A stretch of DNA of 64,000 nt from NCBI GenBank assembly GCA_035267045.1, contig DATFMH010000147.1:5798-69797 (forward strand). The letters are read 5' to 3'. The translations under genes and the position numbers were made by a program. Shown here piece by piece: positions 56,394-64,000 of the stretch. The stretch's first letter is position 1. The number at the start of each line of letters is the position of its first letter. This stretch comes from Balneolales bacterium. GTDB lineage: Bacteria > Bacteroidota > Rhodothermia > Balneolales > DATFMH01. A model generated the notes under the pieces. The model had not been told where the DNA came from. It worked only from the letters and a program-made list of their open reading frames with translations, and searched no databases.

Positions 56394-57794
56394 ATGAGTG
56401 ATTATAGAATAGAAAAAGATTCAATGGGAGAGATTAAAGTCCCTGCAGACGCTTATTATGGTGCACAAACTCAGAGAGCAGTAAATAACTTCCCGATTAG
56501 CGGATTTATCTTTCCGGAGCAGTTTATACAGGCGTTGGGTTATATTAAAAAAACTGCTGCAACCGTAAACAATGATCTTGGTAAGCTGGATAAAGATATC
56601 GCCAAATATGTTATCGCAGCTTCTGAAGAAGTGATCGATGGGAAATTCGATGATCATTTTCCTATAGATATTTATCAAACCGGATCCGGCACATCGACCA
56701 ATATGAATGCCAACGAAGTAATCTCCAAAAGAGCTAACGAATTGGCAAAAAAAGATGGTAAAGACGATATTAAAATACATCCGAATGATCACGTCAATTA
56801 TGGACAAAGTTCAAACGATGTAATTCCTACTGCAATTCGTATCTCTGCTTACTTGATGGCTCAGAATAAGTTGATCCCATCCCTGAATCATTTGAAAGAG
56901 ACATTTTTAAAAAGAGGAGATGAGTTAAAGGATATTGTGAAAACGGGCCGGACTCATTTGATGGACGCTATGCCGGTAACGTTTGGACAAGTGTTCGGTG
57001 GGTATGCACGTCAAATGCAATTGGGCGTTGACCGTGTTGAATCGGCTATGATACGCCTTGGAGAATTACCCCAGGGCGGAACGGCTGTCGGTACAGGATT
57101 AAATACTCATCCGGAATTCGGTAAAAAGTTTGCTGCACAAATAAGTGAGTTTACAGGTGGTAAATTTAAAGAAACAGAGAATCATTTTGAGGCACAGGGA
57201 ACAGTTGATACGCTTGTTGAACTGAGCGGTCAACTAAAAACGATTGCCGTAAGTTTGATGAAAATAGCCAATGATTTACGCTGGATGAATTCCGGTCCCA
57301 ATAGTGGAATTTCTGAAATTACACTGCCGGCATTACAACCCGGATCGTCCATTATGCCCGGCAAGATAAATCCGGTTATTGAAGAATCAGTTACGATGGT
57401 AGCCGCACAAGTTATAGGGAACGATTCAGCTATTACTATTGGCGGACAGGCTGGTAATTTCGAATTGAACGTTATGTTGCCGGTTGTCGCATTAAATCTT
57501 CTGCAGTCGCTGAAATTACTCGCAAATGTTTCCAAAAATATGGCGGATAAATCGATTGCTAATCTGACGGTCAATACCGGGAAGATTAAAGACAAACTGG
57601 AAAAGAATCCCATTCTTGTAACAGCTCTTAATCCTATTATCGGATACGAAAAAGGTGCTAAAATTGCTAAAAAAGCATTCGCCGAAGGAAGAGCTTTAAA
57701 AGAGGTCGCAAAAGAGATGACCGATTTGTCGGATGAAGAACTTAATGACGCACTTGATCCGATAAAAATGACCCGCGGAGGTTTTACTGAATAA
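56394..57794 (+). CDS. fumC: Class II fumarate hydratase
   Basis: 466 aa. It has the signature GSSIMPGKINP plus YQTGSGTSTNMN, GQSSNDVIPTA and GRTHLMDAMPVT. These blocks match FumC rather than AspA as I recall them. Confidence 0.88.
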   Translation: MSDYRIEKDSMGEIKVPADAYYGAQTQRAVNNFPISGFIFPEQFIQALGYIKKTAATVNNDLGKLDKDIAKYVIAASEEVIDGKFDDHFPIDIYQTGSGTSTNMNANEVISKRANELAKKDGKDDIKIHPNDHVNYGQSSNDVIPTAIRISAYLMAQNKLIPSLNHLKETFLKRGDELKDIVKTGRTHLMDAMPVTFGQVFGGYARQMQLGVDRVESAMIRLGELPQGGTAVGTGLNTHPEFGKKFAAQISEFTGGKFKETENHFEAQGTVDTLVELSGQLKTIAVSLMKIANDLRWMNSGPNSGISEITLPALQPGSSIMPGKINPVIEESVTMVAAQVIGNDSAITIGGQAGNFELNVMLPVVALNLLQSLKLLANVSKNMADKSIANLTVNTGKIKDKLEKNPILVTALNPIIGYEKGAKIAKKAFAEGRALKEVAKEMTDLSDEELNDALDPIKMTRGGFTE

Positions 57795-57809
57795 ATATCT
57801 TTGATACGT

Positions 57810-57855
57810 GTGATTGACGTGATAAAATTAATTACGTCAATCACTTTTTCATTTT
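57810..57855 (+). terminator. Rho-independent terminator of fumC
   Basis: A perfect 11-bp stem pairs GTGATTGACGT (57810-57820) with ACGTCAATCAC (57834-57844) around a 13-nt loop. It is followed by TTTTTCATTTT. Confidence 0.8.
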
Positions 57856-58049
57856 ATAATATATTAATAAGCATTTAATAAATTTTGTAATGTGTAAGTA
57901 GGAAACCGGCCAAAAGAGTTAAAATGTGTGTGGAAAAAATAGAATTTTGTGAAATTTATGAGTTACTCTTATTATTTAACCTATGGTCGGGTAAGTAAAT
58001 TAAATATATTTGGCTAATGGCCGGGAAGGTCTAATTTATTGAGGAGAAG

Positions 58050-60473
58050 ATGGAAAATACACAGACTGCAAAAGCGAGAAAAAAAACAATGACTGACCAA
58101 ATAAACAGGGAAGAGATATTAGAAGATTACAGAATGGCAGTCATAAGCAGGGAGTCGTCAATATTAGGGCGAAAAGAGACATTAACGGGTAAAGCGAAGT
58201 TTGGAATATTTGGGGATGGTAAGGAAGTGCCTCAAATTGTCATGGCGAAATATTTTAAAGAGGGAGATTTCCGGTCAGGTTACTACAGGGATCAAACCTT
58301 CATGATGGCCATTAATCAATTGAATGTTCAGCAATTCTTTGCACAACTTTATGCTCATGCCGATGTGGAGGCCGAACCGAATTCCGGTGGACGACAGATG
58401 AATTGCCATTTTGCCACGAGAAGTTTAAATGATGATGGTTCGTGGAAAGATTTAACGAAAATGAAGAATACTTCAGCCGATATATCACCTACAGCCGGAC
58501 AAATGGCGAGGTTATTGGGTCTTGCACATGCATCAAAAATTTATAGAGGTAATGAGTTATTAGATGGTCACAGCAAATTTTCCAATAAGGGAAATGAAGT
58601 TGCATTTGGCACTATTGGCGATTCCAGTACTTCCGAGGGCGTATTCTGGGAAACAGTTAATGCGGCAGGTGTACTACAAGTACCAATGGTTTTATCAGTA
58701 TGGGACGATGGATACGGTATTTCTGTTCCTAAAAAGTATCAAACGACAAAAGAAAGTATTTCTACTGTTTTACGTGGTTTCAAGCGAACTAAAACACAAC
58801 CGGGTTTTGAAATATTCACTGTTAAAGCCTGGGATTACGAAGCCCTTTTAGAAACTTATGAGAAAGCTGTAAAAATAGCACGTAAAGAACATATTCCTGT
58901 ACTCGTTCATGTACAGGAAGTAACGCAGCCACAGGGTCATTCAACCTCGGGTTCCCATGAAAGGTATAAGTCGAAAGAGCGGCTGCAGTGGGAAAAAGAA
59001 TATTGCTGTAATCGTAAACTCCGCGAATATATCATTGATAAAGAACTGGCAACACCAGAAGAGCTGGATAAAATAGAAAAAGATGTACAGCGGTATGTAT
59101 CTCAGGAGAAGCAGAAAGCATGGAAATCGTTCAGGGAACCAATTGAAAGAGAGAAGAAAGAAGTGCTTTCGATATTGGAAAAATTTCAAAATGAGACTAA
59201 TAATTCAGATGATATAATTGCCATAAAAAAGGATCTGAAGACGGCGATGCTTCCAATCCGGAAGGAAATTTTCTCGACGGTTAAGAAAGCACTTCGGGTT
59301 ACGGCTGGTCAGGATTTTGAAGCTCGTAATGAACTCATTCAATGGCTTAGGAAACAGGAAGAAATTAACAGGGATCGGTATGATTCACACGTGATTAGTG
59401 AATCGGAATGGTCTCCTCTGAAAATCAGGGAGATTAAACCTAAATACGATGAAAATGCCAAGATGGTAGACGGAAGGGTTGTTCTTCGTGATAATTTCGA
59501 TATTCTTTTTGACAGAGATCCTTCTATTCTGGTTTTCGGTGAAGATTCTGGGAAATTGGGTGATGTAAATCTTGGCCTGGAAGGTCTTCAGGAAAAATAC
59601 GGAAAATTAAGAGTCAGTGATACCGGTATTCGGGAAACAACGATTGTGGGACAGGGTATCGGTATGGCCATGAGAGGACTCCGGCCTATTGCCGAAATCC
59701 AATACCTGGATTATCTCCTATATGCTTTCCAGACTATAAGTGATGACCTCACTACGGTTCATTACCGGACAAAAGGTGGACAGAAAGCGCCTCTCATTGT
59801 ACGCACAAGGGGACATAGACTGGAAGGTATCTGGCACTCCGGTTCACCCATGGGATTAATTATTAATGGAGTAAGGGGATTACATGTTTGTGTTCCAAGA
59901 AACCTTACTCAGGCTGCTGGTTTTTATAATACTTTGCTACAGGGGGACGACCCTGCTTTAATTGTTGAGCCATTAAATGCCTATCGATCCAAAGAAAAAT
60001 TACCGGTGAATCTTGGGGAATTCACAACCCCGCTTGGAATACCGGAAATCGTTTCTGAGGGCTCCGATATTACAATTGTATCTTATGGGTCGACTTGTAA
60101 TATTGTAGCGTCTGTAGTAAAAGATTTGGAGCGTACAGGCATATCAGCTGAGCTGATAGATATTAGAACTCTGTTGCCATTTGATATTAACCACATGATT
60201 GTGGAATCCCTGAAGAAGACAAACAGGATCTTATTTGTAGATGAAGATATGCCGGGCGCTGCAACGGCCTTTATGATGCAGAAAGTTCTGCAGGAACAAA
60301 AAGGGTATTTCTATCTGGATTCGGAGCCATACGCGTTATCGGCGAAGGAACACAGGCCTGCCTATGGTTCTGATGGTGATTATTTTTCAAAACCGAATAC
60401 TGAAGAAATTTTTGATGCCGTTTACCGGATCATGCATGAGGCAAATCCTCAAAAATATCCAGCTATATATTGA
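58050..60473 (+). CDS. 2-oxoacid (branched-chain-type) dehydrogenase E1 component, fused alpha/beta subunits
   Basis: 807 aa. The N-terminal half is a TPP-binding E1-alpha (FGTIGDSSTSEGVFWE; the GDG-type motif is diverged). The C-terminal half is an E1-beta transketolase-like pyrimidine-binding plus C-terminal domain (DTGIRETTIVGQGIGMA, IVSYGS). A GAGGAG Shine-Dalgarno sequence lies upstream. Confidence 0.85.
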   Translation: MENTQTAKARKKTMTDQINREEILEDYRMAVISRESSILGRKETLTGKAKFGIFGDGKEVPQIVMAKYFKEGDFRSGYYRDQTFMMAINQLNVQQFFAQLYAHADVEAEPNSGGRQMNCHFATRSLNDDGSWKDLTKMKNTSADISPTAGQMARLLGLAHASKIYRGNELLDGHSKFSNKGNEVAFGTIGDSSTSEGVFWETVNAAGVLQVPMVLSVWDDGYGISVPKKYQTTKESISTVLRGFKRTKTQPGFEIFTVKAWDYEALLETYEKAVKIARKEHIPVLVHVQEVTQPQGHSTSGSHERYKSKERLQWEKEYCCNRKLREYIIDKELATPEELDKIEKDVQRYVSQEKQKAWKSFREPIEREKKEVLSILEKFQNETNNSDDIIAIKKDLKTAMLPIRKEIFSTVKKALRVTAGQDFEARNELIQWLRKQEEINRDRYDSHVISESEWSPLKIREIKPKYDENAKMVDGRVVLRDNFDILFDRDPSILVFGEDSGKLGDVNLGLEGLQEKYGKLRVSDTGIRETTIVGQGIGMAMRGLRPIAEIQYLDYLLYAFQTISDDLTTVHYRTKGGQKAPLIVRTRGHRLEGIWHSGSPMGLIINGVRGLHVCVPRNLTQAAGFYNTLLQGDDPALIVEPLNAYRSKEKLPVNLGEFTTPLGIPEIVSEGSDITIVSYGSTCNIVASVVKDLERTGISAELIDIRTLLPFDINHMIVESLKKTNRILFVDEDMPGAATAFMMQKVLQEQKGYFYLDSEPYALSAKEHRPAYGSDGDYFSKPNTEEIFDAVYRIMHEANPQKYPAIY

Positions 60474-60499
60474 TTTTGATTTTTCTTTAAATGGTATTT

Positions 60500-60532
60500 G
60501 GGAACCACTTAAATCGGTGGTTCCTTTTTTTT
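60500..60532 (+). terminator. Rho-independent terminator of the E1 alpha/beta gene
   Basis: GGGAACCAC (60500-60508) pairs with GTGGTTCC (60517-60524) around an 8-nt loop. It is followed by T8 (60525-60532). Confidence 0.85.
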
Positions 60533-60585
60533 ATCAAAGTTTTGACGACAGACGATTTACTTGGGCAATCGGCATAATCAATATT

Positions 60586-60911
60586 TAACGTGAGGTTTAT
60601 TTAAGCTTATTAATCTATCTTCTTAATAAAAGTAGCTGTTACATTAGATTATTCTATGACCACCAATAACCGGCCACAGACAACTGACATAACCGACAAC
60701 CGACAAATGCCCTGATATTAATTAACCATTATTTATTTTGAAAAACCGTATAATCAACGTGAGTTCGGTATCTGAATCATGCTTTATGCATCAAAACAGC
60801 TCTGTGTCGTCGATGGTCAGTCGACCGTCGTCATGATATGTTATATTTTCACTGGTCGTATTCTCAATGTAATTATTACAACTCTGCGATTCTTATCCAA
60901 ACCTCACGTTA
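60586..60911. repeat. 13-bp perfect inverted-repeat pair with a third internal copy of its AACGTGAG core
   Basis: TAACGTGAGGTTT (60586-60598) and AAACCTCACGTTA (60899-60911) are exact reverse complements about 300 bp apart. AACGTGAG recurs at 60756-60763. Copies 1 and 2 are both preceded by ATAATCAA. Confidence 0.7.
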
Positions 60912-61070
60912 TTTAGCATTCCAAATTTTGTCAACCATTACGCTATGATAGATGTGAGCGTAGATTGGTAGTTATGAATATTCATAGAAAGAATATTACC
61001 ATATTGACGCATAAAACCCACAATAATAGTAGCACATGCAGTTTATCACTCACAAATTGTAATACTATAT

Positions 61071-61973
61071 TCAGATCAGCTTGTCAATAAGGATGAAAAT
61101 CCAGACCAATGGAAGGTAAAATAAAGACGCGAACATTAATTTTTTCGCATTGTCTTTAGTCCGGTCGTTCATAAAGAAGATACCATAAAGGAGAAAACCG
61201 AGTCCTGATAAAATGGCACCGATAAGATAAATCATACCACTTATATGGTAAGTATAAAGTGTCGCGCTAACAGGTATCAATATCAGTAAACAAGACATGA
61301 TTGTAATCGTGGACATTGTCCCGTTTTTATCCCTCAGCGGAAGCATATGAAATCCGGCTCTCTCATAATCATCATTACATAACCAGGCTATTGCCACTAC
61401 ATGTGGTATCTGCCAGAGGAAAACAATTCCAAATAAAATCCACATACCCACATGGTCGAGATGTCCGGTAGCCGCTGCCCAACCACCAACGGGTGGTAAA
61501 GCACCGGGAATTGCACCAATAAAGACATTTATAAAGGAAATCCGTTTTAAAGGTGTGTAAAAACCGAGATAAAGGACAGAAGTCGGTGCTGAAATAATAC
61601 CGGCCACCAAATTAACGGTCAGGATCAGATAAGTAAGGCCTGAAATCAATAATAATGTGGAAAAAAGGAAAGCATTTTTGGGACCAACCCTGTGCATGGG
61701 CAACGGCCTCTTTTGTGTACGCAGCATTAATTTATCAAGGTCTCTCTCAATATATTGATTATAAGCTGATGTGCCACTGGCAATGAGAAAAGTGCCTATC
61801 ATTGCATTCAGCAAATTAAAGTAATCGATGCCCCCGGTCGATCCGAGCAAAAAACCGATTGTCATACTTGCCAAAACCAAGAAAGTAATGCCGGGTTTAG
61901 TCAATTCATAATAGGCCGAAATCGTATTTAGATTGTGTGACCGAGAGAGAGATTTAACAACTGTGAATTTCAT
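61071..61973 (-). CDS. ctaB: Protohaem IX farnesyltransferase (haem O synthase)
   Basis: 300 aa and polytopic. The UbiA-type motifs are NQYIERDLDKLMLRTQKRPLP and a second Asp-rich region. Confidence 0.9.
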   Translation of the reverse strand: MKFTVVKSLSRSHNLNTISAYYELTKPGITFLVLASMTIGFLLGSTGGIDYFNLLNAMIGTFLIASGTSAYNQYIERDLDKLMLRTQKRPLPMHRVGPKNAFLFSTLLLISGLTYLILTVNLVAGIISAPTSVLYLGFYTPLKRISFINVFIGAIPGALPPVGGWAAATGHLDHVGMWILFGIVFLWQIPHVVAIAWLCNDDYERAGFHMLPLRDKNGTMSTITIMSCLLILIPVSATLYTYHISGMIYLIGAILSGLGFLLYGIFFMNDRTKDNAKKLMFASLFYLPLVWIFILIDKLI

Positions 61974-62160
61974 TCGAAATAAATATTATTTACTGCGAGT
62001 TTTAGCCTGGTAGTAAAAGCCGTAAGCTTTCATATTAAACAGAGGAAGTTAACAAATATTTGTATTTTAAGACACTTTAAAAGCACATTTAACAGAAAAC
62101 CTTTTTCTGATACGTTAACGGATATAATTAAGTAATCGACATAAAAAGAAGAGTTTATAC

Positions 62161-63111
62161 GTGAAGACGAAATTGAATGCGTTTCAAAAAACGGCACTGG
62201 CAACAATATTCATTACTATTTTTTTAATTTTCGTTGGAGGTTTGGTCAGGGCAGTAGGTGCCGGCCTGGGTTGTCCCGACTGGCCCAAATGTTTCGGAAG
62301 CTGGATCCCGCCATTTTCAGCCTCACAATTGCCTCCGGGGTTTGATAAGTCACAGTTTAATCCGGTTTTAATGGTGGTTGAATACGTTAATAGGCTGGTA
62401 GGTATAACCACTGGTATAATGATAATATTGACCTTTATAAGATCAATTAAATACCGGAAAACGGAACCTGCGGTTTTTTACAGTTCCGGTATTGCCATGT
62501 TGCTTGTCGGTTTCGAAGGCTGGCTGGGAGGTCAAGTGGTAAAGTCATCACTTAAAGCATGGATTATTTCAGTTCATATGTACACGGCTTTAGCTATTTT
62601 ACTCATTTTAATCTATGCCACTTATAAAGCTTTTCAGAAAAAAATTGATCTTACTTTGACCAAAAATAATAAAACTAAACTATACTGGTCGGGTATTGTG
62701 TTATTAGTTGCAACTTTAATACAGATTGGATTTGGCACACAGGTTCGTCAGTCTGTAGATGTTGTGAAAGACAGTTCATTAACCATTCCCCGCTCAGCAT
62801 GGTTATCTCAGGTTGGTTTCATTGACACTATTCATCAGACGTTTTCATGGGTTGTAATGATTGCCTGTTTATGGCTTATATATAATTTACGTCTGTTTAA
62901 ACCGCAAAGCATATATCGCAGAATAGGAACTTCTATATTTGCTTTACTGATATTTCAGATTTTGTTAGGAATAGGGCTTGTCTATTTGAATATGCCACCG
63001 GCACTGGAAGTACTCCACCTCACGAACATATCTATACTCGTAAGCACTGAATTTATATTCCTCTTACTTGTACAACAGAGTAGTGAAATAAAAAAGCCGA
63101 TCTTGATATAA
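62161..63111 (+). CDS. ctaA: Haem A synthase (COX15/CtaA family)
   Basis: 316 aa with a GTG start and 8 TM helices. It has GAGLGCPDWPKCFG in the first loop and conserved His in TM helices (VHMYTA, IHQTFS, VLHLTN). Confidence 0.8.
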   Translation: MKTKLNAFQKTALATIFITIFLIFVGGLVRAVGAGLGCPDWPKCFGSWIPPFSASQLPPGFDKSQFNPVLMVVEYVNRLVGITTGIMIILTFIRSIKYRKTEPAVFYSSGIAMLLVGFEGWLGGQVVKSSLKAWIISVHMYTALAILLILIYATYKAFQKKIDLTLTKNNKTKLYWSGIVLLVATLIQIGFGTQVRQSVDVVKDSSLTIPRSAWLSQVGFIDTIHQTFSWVVMIACLWLIYNLRLFKPQSIYRRIGTSIFALLIFQILLGIGLVYLNMPPALEVLHLTNISILVSTEFIFLLLVQQSSEIKKPILI

Positions 63112-63120
63112 GACCGGCTT
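63086..63120 (-). terminator. Probable rho-independent terminator of the cox operon (overlaps the ctaA 3' end)
   Basis: The minus strand reads AAGCCGGTC-TTATATCAA-GATCGGCTT (8 of 9 bp paired) followed by TTTTATTT. It lies about 30 nt downstream of the subunit IV stop. Confidence 0.5.
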
Positions 63121-63151
63121 AAGTACATACTTTAAAAATTATATTATACCG

Positions 63152-63463
63152 TTAGAATCCGGGAACAATATGGGAACGGTACATGGTATCAAGCATTGTT
63201 AAACCAATAAAAATACTCAGGAATACCAATCCGGCTAAAAATACCATGATGTTGAATCTTCTGTGTTCCCAGTACAGATTCATAAAGAACATTACAACGA
63301 GGCTTGATTTGATGATTGCAATTCCTATTGCAACAATGACATTATATGGTGAAGGTAAATGCAGATAACCAAAGAATACCGTTAAAATCGTCAAAAATAC
63401 TAATATCGCTCCTATAGTGATAAGAGTTTTTACGGGTACGATATGATGATGTTGTTCGCTCAT
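63152..63463 (-). CDS. Cytochrome c oxidase subunit IV-family small membrane protein
   Basis: 103 aa with 3 TM helices. The pattern K.SLV...FM.L is typical of bacterial CoxIV/CyoD-like subunits. It lies 12 nt downstream of subunit III. Confidence 0.7.
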   Translation of the reverse strand: MSEQHHHIVPVKTLITIGAILVFLTILTVFFGYLHLPSPYNVIVAIGIAIIKSSLVVMFFMNLYWEHRRFNIMVFLAGLVFLSIFIGLTMLDTMYRSHIVPGF

Positions 63464-63475
63464 AATTAATTCCTT

Positions 63476-64000
63476 TTAATCGACTAGGTAGAGTAGAGGT
63501 AATAAGAAGATCCAGATAAGATCCACAAAGTGCCAGTACAGGCCTGTGATTTCAATAGGGGTGTAATATTCGGAACTAAATCTGCCCCTTTTAGTTTTTA
63601 CCATTAACCAGGCCATAAGTCCCATACCAACCAATACGTGAATACCATGGAGGCCGGTCATCAGGTAATAAAGAGTAAAGAAAACATAGGCATGCGGGTC
63701 ACTAATCCCTTTAAAAGCATAAGCAGATCCGGGATAGATGCCAACACTCATTTCATCTAACCATTCATAAAGGTGAGATCCGATAAATGCCGCACCGAAA
63801 AGAAATGTAATTCCAAGTAGAATAAAAGTTAATTTTTCTTTACCAACCTGTATATAATGTATGGCAAGTGCCATAGTTACGCTACTACAGATAAGATCGA
63901 CTGTATCGGCACCACCCAGAATTTTATCCAAATGCCCGGATGCCTCCATAAATGTTTGTGGATACCATGATCGAAAAACTACATATGCACAAAATAAACC
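63476..64000 (-). CDS. ctaE: Cytochrome c oxidase subunit III (5' end lies beyond the window)
   Basis: The reading frame stays open from 63949 to the window edge (GLFCAYVVFRSWYPQTF-MEASGH...). Blocks GLHGIHVLVG and YWHFVDLIWIFL are diagnostic of subunit III. Confidence 0.85.
   Translation of the reverse strand, partial: GLFCAYVVFRSWYPQTFMEASGHLDKILGGADTVDLICSSVTMALAIHYIQVGKEKLTFILLGITFLFGAAFIGSHLYEWLDEMSVGIYPGSAYAFKGISDPHAYVFFTLYYLMTGLHGIHVLVGMGLMAWLMVKTKRGRFSSEYYTPIEITGLYWHFVDLIWIFLLPLLYLVD

Noticed and set aside
57230-57844. A 204-aa ORF lies antisense to the 3' half of fumC.
   Set aside because: The fumC sense frame has unmistakable class II fumarase signatures. The antisense translation is low-complexity (S/I/F-rich), and its putative start lies inside the fumC terminator hairpin.
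60364-60588. A 74-aa ORF runs from the end of the E1 alpha/beta gene across its terminator.
   Set aside because: It overlaps a confidently called CDS out of frame and reads through a strong hairpin plus T8 terminator, so it is not credible.
1-64000. I searched by eye for CRISPR arrays, tRNA/rRNA/tmRNA/RNase P/SRP RNA signatures, transposase or integrase genes, and defence-system hallmarks.
   Set aside because: No regularly spaced direct repeats, tRNA T-arm or anticodon patterns, conserved RNase P/tmRNA/SRP boxes or mobile-element proteins were found. Absence is by manual inspection only. It should be confirmed with tRNAscan-SE, Infernal and a CRISPR finder.

Overview
This is a gene-dense, AT-rich chromosomal window with about 50 protein-coding genes. 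By eye I found no rRNA, tRNA, CRISPR array, transposase or integrase. The gene content fits an aerobic FCB-group bacterium (Bacteroidota/Balneolota/Rhodothermota-like): DUF1573, DUF3109, DUF3857/3858, TIGR02757, a fused 2-oxoacid dehydrogenase E1 alpha/beta, sigma-54, a class I FbaB aldolase, and haem A plus caa3-type oxidase genes. Lineage cannot be fixed from sequence alone. Most genes are housekeeping: tatD, pdxB, deoA, xseA, pyrC, tsaB, accD, obg, dprA, rpoN, serS, dusB, fbaB, radA, rpsU, mutY, fumC, ctaA/ctaB and cox subunits. Several canonical rho-independent terminators can be read directly. Seven places deserve a second look. (1) 48.9-54.8 kb holds an SDR reductase divergent from a GT4-GT4-serine-palmitoyltransferase-like-GNAT operon that ends in a terminator; this looks like a compact ceramide/glycosphingolipid-type lipid locus. 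(2) 35.9-37.3 kb holds a secreted protein that is about one fifth Met and very Gln/His-rich, co-transcribed with a small beta-barrel outer-membrane protein. (3) 4.0-6.2 kb holds a PspA/IM30 gene joined by TGATG overlaps to two uncharacterised coiled-coil partners. (4) 60.5-61.1 kb is a roughly 540-bp non-coding convergent spacer with a repeated AACGTGAG motif, a 13-bp inverted repeat and a 45-codon ORF. (5) A triple-DUF1573 protein is fused to a two-CxxCH cytochrome c. (6) mutY sits next to TIGR02757. (7) AccD has lost all four zinc-ribbon cysteines. All functional calls rest on motif recognition by eye; no database search was run.
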